A stretch of 55,132 nt of DNA from an uncultured Clostridium sp. GTDB taxonomy: Bacteria; Bacillota_I; Bacilli_A; RF39; UBA660. This document shows, piece by piece, positions 51,401 through 55,132 of the stretch. The position numbers were made by a program, and so were the translations under genes. Under the pieces are notes generated by a model. That model was not told the DNA's origin. It saw only the letters and a list, made by a program, of their open reading frames with translations, and searched no databases. The DNA is taken from positions 1 to 55,132 of the forward strand of contig CAZYOS010000002.1 in the NCBI GenBank assembly GCA_964649245.1. Reading direction: 5' to 3'. Position 1 is the stretch's first letter; every line of letters begins with the position of its first letter.

Positions 51401-53738
51401 CTTCACCTTCTTCCACAACTATATTAACTTCATCACTTGCTGATTTATAGCATATGTCATTATATTTGCAATACTTGCAACTAATATTATTATCTTTATA
51501 TATCTTAGGATTAATATCGAATTTAGCACTTAAGATATTATTAATACATTCATTTATAACAAAATTAACTTTTTTAATTAAGCTTTCAATTTCACCATTT
51601 GTTAAAACTTTAGATGAGCTTGAAAAAACTCTATCATTTGTAAATTTTAATCCTTTAATAATATTAGAATCTTTATAACTACTATCAAATAATTTAATTA
51701 TATCTTCATCCATATTAGAATAGCCATTAAGTTTCATACTATCTTCTTTTTGATCAGTTAAACTAGTATCTTTATTATATTTAATCTCACCACTTAACAC
51801 TTTTTGAAGATAAAATCCTGTAAAAGTTGCATTTTTAATAGAACTATTTACTAAATACAAATAAACTGGTAATTGAATATTTAACCCGTAATTTAATAAA
51901 TCAAGTTTAATATCAGAATCATATGTTTTATAGTCAACTATAGCTACATATGTTCTACCTTTATCTTCAAGCATCATTACTTTATCTACGTATCCTTTAA
52001 AAGCAACATAAGGATTTTCTTTAATTAATATTTCAAATTTATTTTCAGTTTTAATATTATTCAAACTCGTATATCTCAAAGAATCATTAATATATTTTAA
52101 TGAAGAATCCATATCATTGATTAATTTATCTATAAAAAATTTTTCTTTTTCTGTTAGTATTTTTTGACTAACAAAATTACATACTTCATCTCTTACATTA
52201 ATATTATTTTTAATACCTATTTCCAATATATGATGAAATATTGTCCCTATATATGCACTAAATGTATCTTCGTAAGGATCCAATTTCAATATATTGTTTA
52301 TATAATATTTAAATGAGCATTCATTATATGATTGCATACTTGAATAAGAAAGTAATAATTTATTATTTATTATTTTATTAAACGAATCAGGTAATATTCC
52401 ACTGAATTTATTATCATATTTTCTATAAGAAATATCATAATTAGAATTTAATTTAGTAAGTTCATCACTACATATATTGTATTTGTAATATTTATCTAAA
52501 TCTTTACACAATTTAACTTTGTTAGCAATAACAGAATATGAATGATTAATATCTTCATGTATAATGTTACAATCTATATCATTAATTAAATTTGAAATTG
52601 AATAACTATTATTATAACTCTCTTTTTTATATGTTATAACTAAGTTCTTAATATTATTAATATTATTTATTGTTGCAATCTTCACCATATTCGATATATC
52701 AATAGTAGTACTTAATTCTAAAATTGTTTTATCATTATTAGAAAGATAATCTTCATCTTTAATAACTTTTGGAATAGAACCTTCATTAAAGTTTAATAAA
52801 AATACGTATTCACTATCATCAACATAATCATCGTAATCAATTAAATCTATACAATTTACCAAAGTATTACTTTTTACACATGTATCAAATAAATCATGAA
52901 TTATCATATCTTTAACTTCATTCTTATTTTGAGTAAATGAATATTTATTTATAACATCTATTATTTGATTAACAATATTATCATTATATTTATCAATTAA
53001 TAATTCAATTGTTTTATTTATATCATCATCAAAATTATCTATAAAAAACTTTCCAATAATTGTACTTGCTAATGTAGTTTTATTATCAAGTTCTACTGGT
53101 ATATTATACATTTTAAATATTCTTGTTATTGAATAATTGTATTCTTCGGAAACATTTGATAATTTTATCTTATTAATATCAATACCATTATTAATAAGTT
53201 TGCATATACTAGAAGCAACATACTCCACTTCATTTTCTATATGATCAAACTCTATGACATCATGCTTATATTTTTTTGTTTCTTTTTCAATTATTTTAAC
53301 TTCAGTTATTTTTTTTAGTGAATTAATACTTTTTTGCATAAATTTATCTAAAAAATCAAATCCGAAAAATAATATCATTTTATTTTTAATATAATCATTA
53401 AAATATTCATCTGTTATTATTAAATTATTTAAACTTAATTTATTTTTTATATTTACCAATTTATCAATTTTATTTTTATGATAAACTTTATCATCTACAT
53501 ATATAAGTGAATTTAAATATGTTAGCGCAACATCATATTTAATATTATATTCTTTTATCAAAAAGTTAATTGCCTTTATATCATATGAAAAATACATAGA
53601 ATTATATAATTCTTTTATATTAAAAAATTTAACATTATATAATCCATTATTCTTATTTAACTCTTTTAATATGCTTTTTTTGCAATGATCATTACAAACT
53701 ATAATATTATCATCCGTTAATTCATTAATAATATTCAT
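51390..53738 (-). CDS. addB: Helicase/nuclease subunit B (AddB/RexB type) with C-terminal nuclease and Fe-S Cys cluster
   Basis: RBS GAGGA. It lies upstream of addA and overlaps it. Motifs present are GYVDKVMML...IVDYKT (nuclease) and C...CKYCKYNDIC (iron-staple cysteines). No N-terminal Walker A is seen. Confidence 0.75.
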   Translation of the reverse strand: MNIINELTDDNIIVCNDHCKKSILKELNKNNGLYNVKFFNIKELYNSMYFSYDIKAINFLIKEYNIKYDVALTYLNSLIYVDDKVYHKNKIDKLVNIKNKLSLNNLIITDEYFNDYIKNKMILFFGFDFLDKFMQKSINSLKKITEVKIIEKETKKYKHDVIEFDHIENEVEYVASSICKLINNGIDINKIKLSNVSEEYNYSITRIFKMYNIPVELDNKTTLASTIIGKFFIDNFDDDINKTIELLIDKYNDNIVNQIIDVINKYSFTQNKNEVKDMIIHDLFDTCVKSNTLVNCIDLIDYDDYVDDSEYVFLLNFNEGSIPKVIKDEDYLSNNDKTILELSTTIDISNMVKIATINNINNIKNLVITYKKESYNNSYSISNLINDIDCNIIHEDINHSYSVIANKVKLCKDLDKYYKYNICSDELTKLNSNYDISYRKYDNKFSGILPDSFNKIINNKLLLSYSSMQSYNECSFKYYINNILKLDPYEDTFSAYIGTIFHHILEIGIKNNINVRDEVCNFVSQKILTEKEKFFIDKLINDMDSSLKYINDSLRYTSLNNIKTENKFEILIKENPYVAFKGYVDKVMMLEDKGRTYVAIVDYKTYDSDIKLDLLNYGLNIQLPVYLYLVNSSIKNATFTGFYLQKVLSGEIKYNKDTSLTDQKEDSMKLNGYSNMDEDIIKLFDSSYKDSNIIKGLKFTNDRVFSSSSKVLTNGEIESLIKKVNFVINECINNILSAKFDINPKIYKDNNISCKYCKYNDICYKSASDEVNIVVEEGEDDA

Positions 53739-53750
53739 ACTATCCTCATA

Positions 53751-54395
53751 CTAATTATCTATTTGCTCTTCAAATGAAGAATCATGATATTCTAGAGTAA
53801 ATCTTTTTTCGTTTGTAAGGAAAATTGTACTTAAATAATTTTCTTGTAAATCTATTATTCCATAATTATATTTAGTATCACCATTATATATGTTTTTAAA
53901 ATCTTCAAAAGTTGTAAGATTAAAATAATCAAATGCAGTATCTAAAATTTCATCACTAGATGATGATAAGACACACTTAACTAAAACTTTATATAGATTA
54001 TAAGTTACCTCTAAATTATTTTCACTATCTTCATATACAAGCGGAAACGAATAAAGTAAATCTACTATGTTTGATTCATCACTATTACCATCAAAATATA
54101 TGGAAAATTCACCTATTGAAGTAAAATTTGGATAATTAATATCATTAACTCCACTTTCTTCATATAAAGAATATCTTCTACCATATCCAGCATTTATATT
54201 AATACCGGTTACAACTAAACTATAAGAAGAGTTATTGTTAATAAATTCATCTATTTTACTATTAAAGTCACTTCTTACACCTATTTTTTCAGCTAAAGAG
54301 ATATGTTCAACATTTTCATAAGTGCTTTTCTTGGTGCATGAACACAATAGCATAGTAATCACAAATAATATAAATATTCTTTTCATTAGTTTCAT
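53751..54395 (-). CDS. Hypothetical lipoprotein
   Basis: The start is re-set to the ATG at 54395 (RBS GAGGTG; the ORF track used a GTG). MKLMKRIFILFVITMLLCSC contains a lipobox. Confidence 0.55.
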   Translation of the reverse strand: MKLMKRIFILFVITMLLCSCTKKSTYENVEHISLAEKIGVRSDFNSKIDEFINNNSSYSLVVTGININAGYGRRYSLYEESGVNDINYPNFTSIGEFSIYFDGNSDESNIVDLLYSFPLVYEDSENNLEVTYNLYKVLVKCVLSSSSDEILDTAFDYFNLTTFEDFKNIYNGDTKYNYGIIDLQENYLSTIFLTNEKRFTLEYHDSSFEEQIDN

Positions 54396-54536
54396 AGTAA
54401 ACACCTCTATTTAATTGTATCACATATAAATAAAAAATGATTATCTAAGTTTTGTCAAATTGTAATTATTATGATATTATAGATATGACAAAAAGAACTG
54501 AGATACCTCAATTTTTTTAAAATTATAGGTAAAAGT

Positions 54537-55132
54537 CTATTTGTTTTTGTATAGACAATTTGAAGAACATAATTTATAAATGATTTTACATAATTTTGTT
54601 TCGCAAGCAATTATGCATTTATAATGATGTTTACCTTCAGATTGTTTTTTTCTAAAAAACAAATAGACAGGATTACTTTTATCTGCATGAGCTGATATTT
54701 GAATAATTGTAGTAACAATATTAAATAATATAGTTCTACCAAATTTACATCCTGTTTTTGATATTGAGCCATGATAAGTAGAAACACCAGATTGTGATGT
54801 TACTGAGTCAATTCCAACAAATGATATAAATTGATACTTATTATCAAATCTAGTTATATCACCAACTTCAGCCAAGAATAATGCAGTACTAAATTCTCCA
54901 AATCCAGGGATAGAATTAATTATTTTAAATAAATCTTTGTCTTTCATTTCATTAATTAATTGTTTTTTAATCTTGTTTATTTCTGCTTTATGATATTGAA
55001 TCATCTCGATAACTTGAACTAGATTTTGAACTTGATAAGAATCAAATGCAACATAGCATAGTGAATTTGAAGCGATACTTTTCATTTTTAAAACTTTATT
55101 TTTAAATCTAAAAGCCTGAGTAGTTCCATTTT
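54537..55132 (-). mobile_element. IS110-family transposase gene, C-terminal part (N-terminus lies beyond the window edge)
   Basis: The frame stays open to nt 55132. IPGFGEFSTALFLAEVGDITRFDNKYQFISFVGIDSVTSQSG....SISKTGCKFGRTILF is the IS116/IS110/IS902 C-terminal signature. Confidence 0.8.

Noticed and set aside
1-55132. CRISPR arrays, rRNA genes, prophage or ICE modules
   Set aside because: I saw no regularly spaced direct repeats. There are no integrase, terminase, capsid, relaxase or T4SS genes. The repeats found are coding: collagen triplets, Ca-binding loops, LRR modules, LysM domains and the paralogous GTPase genes.

Overview
Strongly AT-rich, Firmicutes-type (spore-former-like) chromosomal window that is almost fully coding. 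The flanks carry ordinary genes. The 5' flank has a NitT/TauT-like ABC transporter, a membrane M15 peptidase, a BclA-like collagen protein with a coupled glycosyltransferase, and two hypothetical envelope proteins. The 3' flank has a YfhO-family GT-C protein, a PadR/DUF1700 pair, Sir2, PrsW, an AbrB-like regulator with an ABC-2 exporter, tRNA-Trp, a SleB/CwlJ-like hydrolase, an Amidase_3 with five LysM domains, an NCS2 permease, AddAB, and a truncated IS110 transposase at the window edge. The centre (about 5.46-32.34 kb, all minus strand, 22 co-directional genes) is the unusual part. It holds three archaeal/ER-type (SipW-like) signal peptidases and nine proteins with TasA/CalY-like beta-sandwich hallmarks. 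Six of the nine have SipW-cognate-looking signals ([ST][YF]AW[FLM]). One of these is a 2,349-aa BspA-type LRR adhesin, and another of the nine (460 aa) has Ca-binding TSP3-like repeats. The locus also contains paralogous cytoplasmic proteins and two paralogous pairs of a membrane-anchored McrB-family AAA+ GTPase plus a DUF2357/McrC-N-like partner with no nuclease motif visible by eye. From promoter-like and terminator-like signals I read five transcription units. My main hypothesis is an undescribed, NTPase-associated TasA-type surface-fibre/adhesin assembly system. The alternative is that McrBC-derived membrane modules of defensive function are embedded in a fibre locus. All family assignments come from motif recognition by eye and need HMM or structure confirmation. 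The ORF track also uses TTG/GTG starts, and I re-set several starts to ATGs with better RBS support.
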